From: Haloferax volcanii DS2
GTDB lineage: Archaea; Halobacteriota; Halobacteria; Halobacteriales; Haloferacaceae
Direction: 5' to 3'
Assembly: GCF_000025685.1 (NCBI RefSeq)
Contig: NC_013966.1
Span: forward strand, 150,001-182,000
DNA length: 32,000 nt
Part shown: in pieces, positions 1 through 10,122 of the stretch
Layout of the letters: the number at the start of each line of letters is the position of its first letter
Position numbering within the stretch: position 1 is the stretch's first letter
The notes under the pieces: generated by a model
Told to the model about the DNA's origin: nothing
Seen by the model: only the letters and a program-made list of their open reading frames with translations
The model's database searches: none
Position numbers and translations under genes: made by a program

Positions 1-1
1 G

Positions 2-466
2 CACAGTCTGACAGCGAAACTCGACGGTCACAGCTGGACCGTCGAGTTTCCCGTCTACATCGACTGTACCTACCAAAACGGACGGTACGACGAACATGGG
101 GTGGCGCGTCACGGCTACGCCGCTGACGCGCCGTTCATCGACTCACCACGGGACGCTCGATACCACTACGCGAAACGCTTCGGTATCGAGGCAAGCTATC
201 GACTCTCCGAGCAAAGTATCGCGACGACCTCGACACAAAATCCGGTCGTACGGCTGCTGTACGTCGTGGTGAGCTTGCTGTTACAGAACGTGTGGCGGTA
301 TCTGCACTGGGAGTACGTGGCGACGCCCCGCCGAGGCGGGCGTCGCCTCTGGCAGTGGCCATTCAAGGAGTTCATCAACATGATCCGACGGGCAGCGTGG
401 ACGGCCCTCGCGACGCGTCGGGCCGTCCCCGCGAACCGGCCACCGGACGACCGGTTCCACCGGTAA
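2..466 (+). CDS. DDE transposase, C-terminal part (IS4/ISH-type); 5' end lies outside the window
   Basis: The reading frame is open from nt 2 (HSLTAKLDGHSWTVEFPVYIDCTYQNGRYDEHG...) into the listed ORF 101..466. It contains YHYAKRFGIEASYRLSEQ, which matches the Y-x2-R-x3-E region of IS4-like DDE transposases common in haloarchaeal ISH elements. Confidence 0.75.
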   Translation, partial: HSLTAKLDGHSWTVEFPVYIDCTYQNGRYDEHGVARHGYAADAPFIDSPRDARYHYAKRFGIEASYRLSEQSIATTSTQNPVVRLLYVVVSLLLQNVWRYLHWEYVATPRRGGRRLWQWPFKEFINMIRRAAWTALATRRAVPANRPPDDRFHR

Positions 467-502
467 CTCCCGACCGGGCTAGCCAACGGTGGGAGTGGCG
501 AC

Positions 503-541
503 GCTGTCGCGTCGGCGGCAGCCGCCGCCGACAGCGACAGC
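503..541. repeat. 39-nt near-perfect palindrome (17-bp stem, one bulged A at 533, 4-nt loop)
   Basis: GCTGTCGCGTCGGCGGC (503..519) pairs with GCCGCCGACAGCGACAGC (524..541). It lies 37 nt after the transposase stop codon. Confidence 0.8.
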
Positions 542-803
542 TCTCCGTCCGTTCGCCCAAGATTCTCTCGTCGAGACCGCCAGTGCAACCGCTCGGTCAC
601 AGAACTCAGGCTTCAGAAACAGCTAGCCGAGGACGCTTTGTGAAGTACTGATATTTGAAGAGTTGTGTTTATTCGATATTATTATATGATATTCCAGACA
701 GTCTGTATCGCCTAATTATCGGACGTGAATCCGCATTTGGCAGTAGTATGATATTTGAGGGAATCAGGGGCCACGGCAGGACGGACAGAGAGGCGAACAC
801 TCG

Positions 804-950
804 ATGACGAGGGGGGTCGGGATAACGCGACAGCGGGTGAGTACAGTCGTGTTGGCGTTGGTAACGGTGATGTCGCTCGTCGCGTGGGTACCGGTCGGCG
901 CGGCGCTGACGATATCTGACCCGCCGTCACCGACGGCGACGAACGAGTGA
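804..950 (+). CDS. Possible 48-aa small secreted/membrane peptide (below ORF-track cutoff)
   Basis: ATG at 804 gives MTRGVGITRQRVSTVVLALVTVMSLVAWVPVGAALTISDPPSPTATNE, with one hydrophobic helix. An A+T-rich stretch lies about 45-55 nt upstream. There is no homology support. Confidence 0.2.
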   Translation: MTRGVGITRQRVSTVVLALVTVMSLVAWVPVGAALTISDPPSPTATNE

Positions 951-1022
951 GCGCGTCGGCGAGCGCGAACCCGAAACCGTTCCGAGTCAGGACGAGAAGA
1001 TAGTCCGAGAGAGAATCCGGCG

Positions 1023-1238
1023 TCAGCGCTTCTCGCTCGCGGCTTCGACCGACGCGAAGAAGCCGAAGTACGCGACGACGCCCGCACCCATACAGAGGTA
1101 GAACGCCCACTGCGGTCCGTCGAGAACGTCGAACAGGACCGAAACGACCGTCACCCACGCCAGGGCGAACAGCAGGTCGGTTAGCATCCCCGAGCGGTGT
1201 TCGCGCACGTGGGTGCGAATCGTCTCCGCGAGGCTCAT
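1023..1238 (-). CDS. Small two-TM membrane protein, function unknown
   Basis: 71 aa with two clear hydrophobic segments (LLFALAWVTVVSVLF and AFYLCMGAGVVAYFGFFA). Third codon positions are G/C-rich. It is on the same strand as the upstream usp gene and 89 nt downstream of it. Confidence 0.55.
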   Translation of the reverse strand: MSLAETIRTHVREHRSGMLTDLLFALAWVTVVSVLFDVLDGPQWAFYLCMGAGVVAYFGFFASVEAASEKR

Positions 1239-1327
1239 CGACAGGGCACCTCGCCGGGAGTCGCGGGCGACGTAGTCGTCGTCGCGCGGGTGGTGGCCGT
1301 TCTCGCGTGGGTCGCGTCGTACATCGG

Positions 1328-1816
1328 TTACGCGTCCGCTTCCGCTTCCGTTTCCGCTTTCTTTTCGTGGACGTCGACGACAAGCACCGGGAGCCGCGTC
1401 CGCCGGAGGACGCGTTCGGTCACGCTCCCGAGGACGACCCGGGAGAGACCGGAGCGACCGTGCGAGCCCATCACGACGAGGTCGATGTCGTTGTCCTCGA
1501 CGAACTTCCTGATGGCTCGCGCCGGTTCGCCCGGGACGACGTGTTCGCGGACGGCCAGTCCGTGTTCGGCGGCGGCGGCGGCGACGTAGCCCGTGGCCGC
1601 GTCGGCCGCGTCCTTCACTTCGGGCATGTCGTCGAGGTGGCCCTGCCGGATGCGGTCGACCTGCTCCGTTCCCAGCGAGTAGCTTGTGGCGTCGACGTCG
1701 ACGACGTACAGCGCGTGGACCGTCGCGCCGTACTTCGAGGCGAGGTCGACCGCCTGTTCGACGGCGTACTCCGCCGCGTCGCTTCCGTCAGTCGGAACGA
1801 GGATGTGTTCGTACAT
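1328..1816 (-). CDS. Universal stress protein (UspA family)
   Basis: MYEHILVPTDGSDAAEYAVEQAVDLA...DLVVMGSHGRSGLSRVVLGSVTERVLRRTRLPVLVV is the canonical USP fold signature. Its start lies 3 nt after the symporter stop. Confidence 0.9.
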   Translation of the reverse strand: MYEHILVPTDGSDAAEYAVEQAVDLASKYGATVHALYVVDVDATSYSLGTEQVDRIRQGHLDDMPEVKDAADAATGYVAAAAAEHGLAVREHVVPGEPARAIRKFVEDNDIDLVVMGSHGRSGLSRVVLGSVTERVLRRTRLPVLVVDVHEKKAETEAEADA

Positions 1817-1819
1817 TGG

Positions 1820-3469
1820 TTAATCGTCCGCGGGGGACTGGCCCCCGTCGGCGCTCATGACCACGTCTTCTGCGGACTGTTGCTGGCCCATCGGTTCGGG
1901 GCTGTGACACTGCCGGACCATCTTCTTGATTCGCTCGGGCGGTTCGTCAGTCGCCATCGAGACGGCGATGGTGACGACGAACACGAGCGGCGTGCCGACC
2001 AGCGCCGCGCCGATGGCCGGCACGAACTCGGCGAAGAGGTCGCTGAAGTGGAAGATGAGGTCGTTGACCACGGCGGCGACCCAGAGCGTGAGGCCGACGC
2101 TCATGCCCGCGAGCGCGCCCTGACGGTTGGTGTTCTCCCACCAGAGACCGAGGAAGAACATCGGAAACAGCACGATGGCCGCAAGGGAGAACGCGAGCGC
2201 GACCAGTTCGCCGACGAGCGCCGGCGGGTCGAACGCGGTTACCGTCACGATGATGCCGAGCGCGACGATGGTCGCGCGACCGACGAACACCTGCTGACGC
2301 TGGGTCGCGTCGGGGTTGATGATGTTCGTGTAGATGTCGTGAGAGACGGCGGACGAGGCGGTGATGAACAGCCCCGCCGTCGTGGCGATGGCGGCGGCGA
2401 TGCCACCGGCGGCGACGAGGCCGACGAACCACGTCGGCAGGTTCGAAAGCTGCGCCGCGAGCACCACGATGAGGTCGCCCTCACCGCCGCTCATGCCGCC
2501 GTTGGCCGCGAACGTCGGGCCGTACTGGGAGGCGTCGTAGAGGTCAACGCCGAACGCCGCCAGCGCCGGGGCGCTCCAGTACAGGAGCAGGATGAAAAAC
2601 AGCCCCCAGACGGTCGACTGCCGCGCCGTCTTCTCGTTTTCGACGGTGTAGAACCGCACCAACACGTGCGGGAGCCCGCAGGTGCCGAAGATGAGCGAGA
2701 ACGCCGTGGCAATCCAGAGGTAGAACCCGGCGTTGGCGAACGGCTCGGAGAACTCGGTGGAGAGTTCGCCGATGAGTTGGCCGTATTCGATGTGCGGGAG
2801 GACCGTCGAGTAGCCGCCGGTGAAGCCGACGACGTAGACGGCCGTCAGGAACGCGATGATGAGGATGACGTACTGGACGGCCATGTTCTTCGTCGCGCCC
2901 ATCATGCCGGAGATGGTCAGATAGCCCACCGTAATCGCCATCATCACGATGACCATCGTGACGTAGTCGGTCCCGAAGACGTACAACCCGACGAGGCCCA
3001 TCCCGCGGGCCTGCCCGACCGAGTAGACGAACCCGATGAGGATGGTCGTCAGCGCGCCGATTGCCCGCGCCGTGTCGGAGTTGAATCGGTCGCCGACGAA
3101 GTCGGGTGCGGTGTACTTCCCGAACCGGCGCATCTGCGCGGCCAGGAAGATGAGCAGGACGAAGTAGCCGGCCGTCCAGCCGATGATGAACGCGAGCCCG
3201 TAGAAGCCCGAGAGGGCGACGAGCCCCGCTAACCCGAGGTACGACGCCGCAGACATCCAGTTCGCGCCGATGGCCATCCCGTTTTCGATGTTGCCAATCG
3301 ACCGGCCGGCGACCCACATCCCCTCGGTGTCGGCGACCTTGAACACGTAGCCGATGGCGAGAAACAGAGCCAACATCCCGACGACCATGATGGCCGGCAC
3401 GAGTTTGAACGAGATGTTGAGCGCCTCGGGGAGCAGGTCTCCCGACTGGAGGAACACGCTCGCGGTCAT
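1820..3469 (-). CDS. Sodium:solute symporter (SSS) large subunit, cation/acetate-symporter-like
   Basis: 549 aa and polytopic. The N-terminal region WVAGRSIGNIENGMAIGANWMSAASYLGLAGL...RRFGKYTAPDFVGDRF is typical of ActP/VC_2705-type SSS carriers. It overlaps the DUF4212 gene by 4 nt (ATGA) and sits next to acs. Confidence 0.9.
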   Translation of the reverse strand: MTASVFLQSGDLLPEALNISFKLVPAIMVVGMLALFLAIGYVFKVADTEGMWVAGRSIGNIENGMAIGANWMSAASYLGLAGLVALSGFYGLAFIIGWTAGYFVLLIFLAAQMRRFGKYTAPDFVGDRFNSDTARAIGALTTILIGFVYSVGQARGMGLVGLYVFGTDYVTMVIVMMAITVGYLTISGMMGATKNMAVQYVILIIAFLTAVYVVGFTGGYSTVLPHIEYGQLIGELSTEFSEPFANAGFYLWIATAFSLIFGTCGLPHVLVRFYTVENEKTARQSTVWGLFFILLLYWSAPALAAFGVDLYDASQYGPTFAANGGMSGGEGDLIVVLAAQLSNLPTWFVGLVAAGGIAAAIATTAGLFITASSAVSHDIYTNIINPDATQRQQVFVGRATIVALGIIVTVTAFDPPALVGELVALAFSLAAIVLFPMFFLGLWWENTNRQGALAGMSVGLTLWVAAVVNDLIFHFSDLFAEFVPAIGAALVGTPLVFVVTIAVSMATDEPPERIKKMVRQCHSPEPMGQQQSAEDVVMSADGGQSPADD

Positions 3470-3903
3470 TCGACGCGCCCCCCGTCGGCGACGGCGGCCT
3501 CGCTCTCACTCTTCGAGCGCGTCTGCGAGGCCGTGTGGTCGATGCCGTACCGCTCGTCGAGCTGGTCGCGCTTGCGCGAGTAGATGAACGCGAGCACGAG
3601 CGAACTCGTCGGTGACAACACGGCGACGAGGAAGTAGTGCAGCGGGAAGCCGATGACCGGGAGCTGTACGGTCATCGTCGCCGGTGCGAAGTAGGTAAGC
3701 ACCGGCGGTCCGAACGTGAGCAGCGCCCACGCGATAAAGCCGGTCCAGATTACTTTCAGGTGGTCTCGCATGAACGGGGTGCTCGGCTTCAGCAGGTTCA
3801 CCTCCCGCGACAGGTAGTCTATCTCGTCGTGTCTCGGAGCCGTACTCCGGTCGGTGCTCGCGTCGTGTGAGTCAATCTCTGACTCGGTGGATTCGCGTGA
3901 CAT
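3466..3903 (-). CDS. DUF4212-like small membrane subunit associated with SSS symporters
   Basis: 145 aa with two TM helices. GFPLHYFLVAVLSPTSSLVLAFIYSRKRDQLDERYG resembles the DUF4212 core. Its stop overlaps the symporter start. Confidence 0.8.
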   Translation of the reverse strand: MSRESTESEIDSHDASTDRSTAPRHDEIDYLSREVNLLKPSTPFMRDHLKVIWTGFIAWALLTFGPPVLTYFAPATMTVQLPVIGFPLHYFLVAVLSPTSSLVLAFIYSRKRDQLDERYGIDHTASQTRSKSESEAAVADGGRVE

Positions 3904-3958
3904 AGATCGGTTGGTCGTCTCGTAGTTACGCTCGATACGGGCGGCCGAAGGCGGCCGC

Positions 3959-5953
3959 TCAGTCGCTCTGTGCGCGGACTTTCGCTTCTATCTCCCCGAC
4001 GATTTCGGGGTTCCGGAGCGTCGAGGTGTTACCCAGTTCCGCGCCGTTCGCCACGTCTTCGAGGAGACGGCGCATGATTTTGCCCGAGCGCGTCTTCGGC
4101 AGTTCCGGCGTGAACACGACCTGTTCGGGGCGGGCGATGGGGCCGATGGCGTCCTCGACGCCCTCGACGATGCGCGCGCGGAGGTCCTCGCCCTCCTCGT
4201 ACCCGTCTTCGGTGATGACGTAGGCGTAGACGGCCTCGCCTTTCACCTCGTGGTTGCCGCCGACGACCGCGGCCTCCGCGACGCCCTCGACGCCGACGAT
4301 GGCCGACTCGATTTCCATCGTCCCGAGGCGGTGGCCCGAGACGTTGATGACGTCGTCGACGCGGCCGAGCACGGTGATGTAGCCGTCTTCGTCCACCTTC
4401 GCGCCGTCCTCGGGGAAGTAGACCCAGTCGTCGGGGTCGTCGCTGTCGGTGTCGGAGTACTCCGCCCAGTATTCGGAGATGTAGCGCTCGTCGTTGTCGT
4501 AGAGCGTCCGAAGCATCCCCGGCCACGGCTTGTTCACCGTGAGGTAGCCCGCCCGACCGGGTTCGACTTCGTCGCCGTCGGTGTCGACGATTTGGGCGTC
4601 GATGCCCGGCAGCGGCGGTCCGGCTGAGCCGGGTTTCATGTTCTTGACGCCCGGGAGCGTCGTTATCATCATCCCGCCGGTCTCGGTCTGCCACCACGTG
4701 TCTACCACCGGGCAGTTCTCGTTGCCGATGTGCTCGTAGTACCACTTCCACGCGCGCGGGTTGATGGGTTCCCCGACGGTCCCGAGCAGGCGGAGACTCG
4801 ACAGGTCGCGCGATTCGGGGTATTTGCTGCCCCACTTCATGAACGCGCGAATCGCCGTCGGCGCGGTGTAGAAGATATCGACGGCGTACTTCTCGACGAG
4901 TTCCCACATCCGGTCGCGGTTCGGGAAGTCGGGCGTGCCCTCGTACATCACCGTCGTCGAGCCGAGTGCGAGCGGCCCGTAGACGATGTAGGAGTGACCC
5001 GTAATCCAGCCGATGTCGGCCGAACACCAGTAGGTGTCTTCCGTCTCGATGTCGAGGACCGCGTGGGAGGTCCACGTCGCGTAGGAGAGATAGCCACCGG
5101 TGGTGTGTTTGACCCCCTTCGGCTGGCCCGTCGTCCCCGAGGTGTACATGAGGAACAGCATATCCTCGGCGTCGCGTTCGACCGGCGCGACGCGCTCGCC
5201 GCTCTGGGCTTCGAGGAGATCGTCCCAGTCGTGCTGGTTGCCCTTCAGGTCGTGGTCGAAGCCGTCGTCACCCAGTCGGTCGACGACGACCGTGGCATCG
5301 ACGCCGTGGTCGACGCTGTCGAGTCCCTCGTTGGTTTTGTCGAGGTGGTCGAGCGGGTCGCCGCGGCGGTAGTAGCCGTCGCAGGTGACGAGAAATCGGG
5401 AGTCCGCGGCGTTCATCCGCGTCGCCAGCGCCTCGGCGGAAAAGCCGGCGAAGACGACGTTGTGCGGCGCGCCGATGCGAGCGCACGCGAGCATGGCGAT
5501 GGGGAGTTCCGGAACCATCGGCATGTAGAGCGTGACTACGTCGTCCTCCTCGACGCCGAGGTCACGCAGGGCCGCCGCGAACTCGTTCACCTCGCGGTAG
5601 AGGTCCTGATACGTGTACGTCCGCGTCTCGCCGTGTTCGCCTTCCCACTTGATGGCGACGCGGTTCTTGTCCCCGTTTTCGACGTGGCGGTCCACGCAGT
5701 TATAACAGGCGTTCAGTTCGCCGCCGGTGAACCACTCGTAGAACGGCGGATTCGAATCGTCCAGTACCTCGTCGTAGTCGGCGTCCCAGTCGAGCAGGTC
5801 GGCCGCGCGCTCCCAGCAGTCGGGCCAGTTCTCCTCGAACTCGTCGTAGATGCCGGCGTCCGAGACGTTCGCCTGCGCGACGAACTCCTCGGTGGGTTCG
5901 AACTCGTCTTGTTCTGCCAGCCGTGCCTCCAGTTCAGCGTCACCCTGTGCCAT
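3959..5953 (-). CDS. acs: Acetyl-CoA synthetase, AMP-forming (paralogue 1)
   Basis: 664 aa. Contains YTSGTTGQPKG (AMP-binding motif), VDTWWQTETGG, and the C-terminal PKTRSGKIMRR. Confidence 0.95.
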   Translation of the reverse strand: MAQGDAELEARLAEQDEFEPTEEFVAQANVSDAGIYDEFEENWPDCWERAADLLDWDADYDEVLDDSNPPFYEWFTGGELNACYNCVDRHVENGDKNRVAIKWEGEHGETRTYTYQDLYREVNEFAAALRDLGVEEDDVVTLYMPMVPELPIAMLACARIGAPHNVVFAGFSAEALATRMNAADSRFLVTCDGYYRRGDPLDHLDKTNEGLDSVDHGVDATVVVDRLGDDGFDHDLKGNQHDWDDLLEAQSGERVAPVERDAEDMLFLMYTSGTTGQPKGVKHTTGGYLSYATWTSHAVLDIETEDTYWCSADIGWITGHSYIVYGPLALGSTTVMYEGTPDFPNRDRMWELVEKYAVDIFYTAPTAIRAFMKWGSKYPESRDLSSLRLLGTVGEPINPRAWKWYYEHIGNENCPVVDTWWQTETGGMMITTLPGVKNMKPGSAGPPLPGIDAQIVDTDGDEVEPGRAGYLTVNKPWPGMLRTLYDNDERYISEYWAEYSDTDSDDPDDWVYFPEDGAKVDEDGYITVLGRVDDVINVSGHRLGTMEIESAIVGVEGVAEAAVVGGNHEVKGEAVYAYVITEDGYEEGEDLRARIVEGVEDAIGPIARPEQVVFTPELPKTRSGKIMRRLLEDVANGAELGNTSTLRNPEIVGEIEAKVRAQSD

Positions 5954-6151
5954 AGTACGTGCTAACGAGTCTCGACAAAGGGCATAAGTAGGATAACTAA
6001 TTATCGAAAGTTAACACCACGAATATACATAATAGTCTGTGGGCACGTGTATAGGCTTCAGAGCCACAGATGAACGGCTCATACTATTGTCCATAAATTT
6101 TGATAATCTATCAATCAATAACGGACGTTCGTGTGCTAATTCGTCGCACGC
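5954..6151 (-). promoter_or_regulatory. A+T-rich upstream region of acs paralogue 1 with three palindromes
   Basis: About 200 bp of A+T-rich DNA in a GC-rich context. TATA-like CTTATG/TTAGTTAT (minus strand) lie 30-47 nt upstream of the ATG. Palindromes are at 5992..6005, 6036..6070 and 6100..6114. Confidence 0.5.
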
Positions 6152-7918
6152 CTAAGGGTCTAGGGTCGAAGCGCGTTCGTCGGTGTCGTCGTCGAAGAAC
6201 GCGGTCATGAGTTTCTGCTGTGCGGTTCGGAGGTGCTGGTGGAGCGTCGGTGACGAGATATCTATCGAATCAGCGAGGTCTTCGGCGGTACTGCCGCGGG
6301 GCCACTCGAAATAGCCGGCGAGGTAGGCCGCCCGCAGGACGGACTCTTGCTTGTCGGTGAGTCGCGCCACGAGCGATGCCCGGAAGTCGGCGGTGTTTCG
6401 CGTGGGCCGTTCGACCTCCTGTTTCGCGACGAGTTCGGTGGCGGGATAGGCGTCGGTCAGGTCGGACAGCACGTCTCGGAGCGGCGTTTCGTTCGAGAAC
6501 TCGCCCACGAAACGGGCGACGCCGTCCTCCGCGACGAACCGCGAGACGGTGCCGTCGTAGGAGGTGAGCGTCGTAATCGTCGACCCCGCGGAGAGCGCGA
6601 CTTCGAGGAGAGACTCCGTCCCTCGGTCGCGAATGAGGCGGATGTGCTCGACGGCGTCCGTCGTTTGCAACTCGTCGAACACCGCGTCCGTCGTCGCCTC
6701 CCGGACGGTGAGGAAACACAGCAACGACCGCTCTTCGATGGGGACGACGCCGCGGAGCCGAATCGAACAGCCGAGGGCCGCGGAGAGTCGAACGAGCACG
6801 TCCTGCTCGTCCGAGGATTCGAACTCCAGTTGGACGACCGTGTCTGCCAGCAGTAGCTTCCGACGCTCGGCGGCGGCGATTGCCTGTCCGACGTGGCGAC
6901 CCAGCGTCACCAGTACGTCCGCCTCGACGTCGGGAACCGCTTGGCCGTCGAGCGCGACGTAGAGCGCTCCATAGGCGGTGTCGCCGTGCGCCAGCGGAAC
7001 GACCGCAATCGGCACGGGTTCCGAGTTCGGGAGCGAGTCGGGACGCACCGTCTGTACGTCGCGGGTGTCGCACGCGCGTCGAGTGAAGTCGGTGCCGCGA
7101 CCGGCGAGCGACCCCCGGACCGCTTCGAGCGACGTCTCGTCGAGACCGGCGGCGGTGCGCGACGTTCGCGCGTCGGTTTCGCCCGATTCAATCCAAGCGA
7201 AACGGTAGCGGTCTGAATCGGTGAGCCGGTCACAGACGGCCTGTTCGACCTCGCTTCGGGTGTTCACCGCCGAGAGCGCCGACCCGACGCTTCGCGCGGC
7301 TTCGATGACCTGACGCGTTCGGTCGGGGTCGCCGCTGACGGCGCGCCCGTCGCTGTCGGCAGGGGCCGGCGAAAGCGCATCGAGCACCTCGTCTTCGCTC
7401 GGTTCACCGAGGAGCGGCGCGAGGCTCTCGATGCGGTCCCACCCGCCGATTCGCATGACGACGCTCGGCGGGACGCCGTCACCGAGCATCGTTCGGGCGA
7501 AGTGCCGACGCAGGTCGCGAGTCGAAACGTCCGCCAACCCATCGCGGCCGGTTCGTTCGGCGGCCCGCGTTCCGACCGACGCCACGAGCATCTGCAGACG
7601 CCGCGGCGTGACCGGAAGCACCCGTTCAGTCTCGCTGATGTCTGTCGTCGTGGCGTACTTCCGAACGTCGTGTTCGACCTCGTTCGGCAGGTACGCCTCC
7701 CGACCGTCGGTCGGAACGACGACGAAGTAGTGCTCCGTTCCCCGGTGTCGCCGCTGGGTCACGTGTGCGGGTTCGAACTGACTCATCTCGGCCGGTGTGA
7801 GCCCGACTTCCGCGCCGAGTCGAAGCACGAGGTCCTCGCGGTACGTCTCGGTCGCCCGGCGCAGTTGCTCGTACCCGCCCGCCGACAGCGGCGTCGGTTC
7901 GGAGTTTTCGTCCCGCAT
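6152..7918 (-). CDS. Bat-family transcription regulator: integrase-like N-domain + GAF-like + BAT + HTH_10
   Basis: The C-terminus LTDKQESVLRAAYLAGYFEWPRGSTAEDLADSIDISSPTLHQHLRTAQQKL is HTH_10. The N-terminal blocks resemble the XerC/D catalytic domain without the catalytic residues. I prefer the start at ATG 7918 (MRDENSEP) over the ORF-track start at 8020, because the extra 34 residues (MVRERLPRRLSLSPCRFC...) look non-coding and a TATA-like box lies 29-36 nt upstream of 7918. Confidence 0.85.
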   Translation of the reverse strand: MRDENSEPTPLSAGGYEQLRRATETYREDLVLRLGAEVGLTPAEMSQFEPAHVTQRRHRGTEHYFVVVPTDGREAYLPNEVEHDVRKYATTTDISETERVLPVTPRRLQMLVASVGTRAAERTGRDGLADVSTRDLRRHFARTMLGDGVPPSVVMRIGGWDRIESLAPLLGEPSEDEVLDALSPAPADSDGRAVSGDPDRTRQVIEAARSVGSALSAVNTRSEVEQAVCDRLTDSDRYRFAWIESGETDARTSRTAAGLDETSLEAVRGSLAGRGTDFTRRACDTRDVQTVRPDSLPNSEPVPIAVVPLAHGDTAYGALYVALDGQAVPDVEADVLVTLGRHVGQAIAAAERRKLLLADTVVQLEFESSDEQDVLVRLSAALGCSIRLRGVVPIEERSLLCFLTVREATTDAVFDELQTTDAVEHIRLIRDRGTESLLEVALSAGSTITTLTSYDGTVSRFVAEDGVARFVGEFSNETPLRDVLSDLTDAYPATELVAKQEVERPTRNTADFRASLVARLTDKQESVLRAAYLAGYFEWPRGSTAEDLADSIDISSPTLHQHLRTAQQKLMTAFFDDDTDERASTLDP

Positions 7919-7946
7919 CCGTTTCGCAACACTGTCGATAAGCGAA

Positions 7947-7954
7947 CTAAAACT
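7947..7954 (-). promoter_or_regulatory. TATA-like box (AGTTTTAG on the minus strand) for the regulator gene
   Basis: It lies 29-36 nt upstream of ATG 7918, which is consistent with a leaderless or short-leader archaeal promoter. Confidence 0.35.
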
Positions 7955-8061
7955 TCCGATGAGAGCACAGAACCGACATGGTGAAAGCGACAATCGGCGT
8001 GGAAGTCGCTCCCGAACCATAGTAACTGCGTTTCGCTTAGAGAGAACTGTCCGAAACGTCG

Positions 8062-10014
<1,953 letters not shown>

Positions 10015-10039
10015 ACAGGTGGTACGTCGGCCTCATCGC

Positions 10040-10046
10040 ATTAAAA
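10040..10046 (-). promoter_or_regulatory. TATA-like box (TTTTAAT on the minus strand) for acs paralogue 2
   Basis: It lies 26-32 nt upstream of ATG 10014, within the 108-bp divergent spacer shared with the aminotransferase gene. Confidence 0.4.
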
Positions 10047-10122
10047 CGTTCGTCGGGGTGGGCGACCCGGCGCGTCGAGCGCGTCCGCCAAGCTTCTTGT
10101 GTCAGCCAGTCCCAGCCCACGT

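Larger units (their letters stand above)
1..640. mobile_element. Right-hand portion of an IS element (boundary approximate)
   Basis: The transposase 3' end is followed by a GC-rich tail containing the 503..541 hairpin. Composition switches sharply to A+T-rich DNA from about 640. The terminal inverted repeat cannot be defined because the other end is outside the window. Confidence 0.5.

Noticed and set aside
712-1383. A 223-aa minus-strand ORF beginning MSSTSTKRKRKRKRKRTRNR.
   Set aside because: The KR repeat is an out-of-frame reading of the GAAGC/GGAAAC-rich 3' end of the usp gene (EKKAETEAEADA). The remainder is Arg/Pro-rich and overlaps the better-supported small membrane gene at 1023..1238 in another frame.
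1307-3232. A 641-aa plus-strand ORF. The similar long ORFs 21854..24133 (759 aa), 16942..18507 (521 aa), 4730..5965 and 8800..10044 fall in the same category.
   Set aside because: All are antisense or out of frame to genes with strong family signatures (SSS symporter, ClC, NSS, acs). All have R/D/E/H/G-dominated compositions and no motifs.
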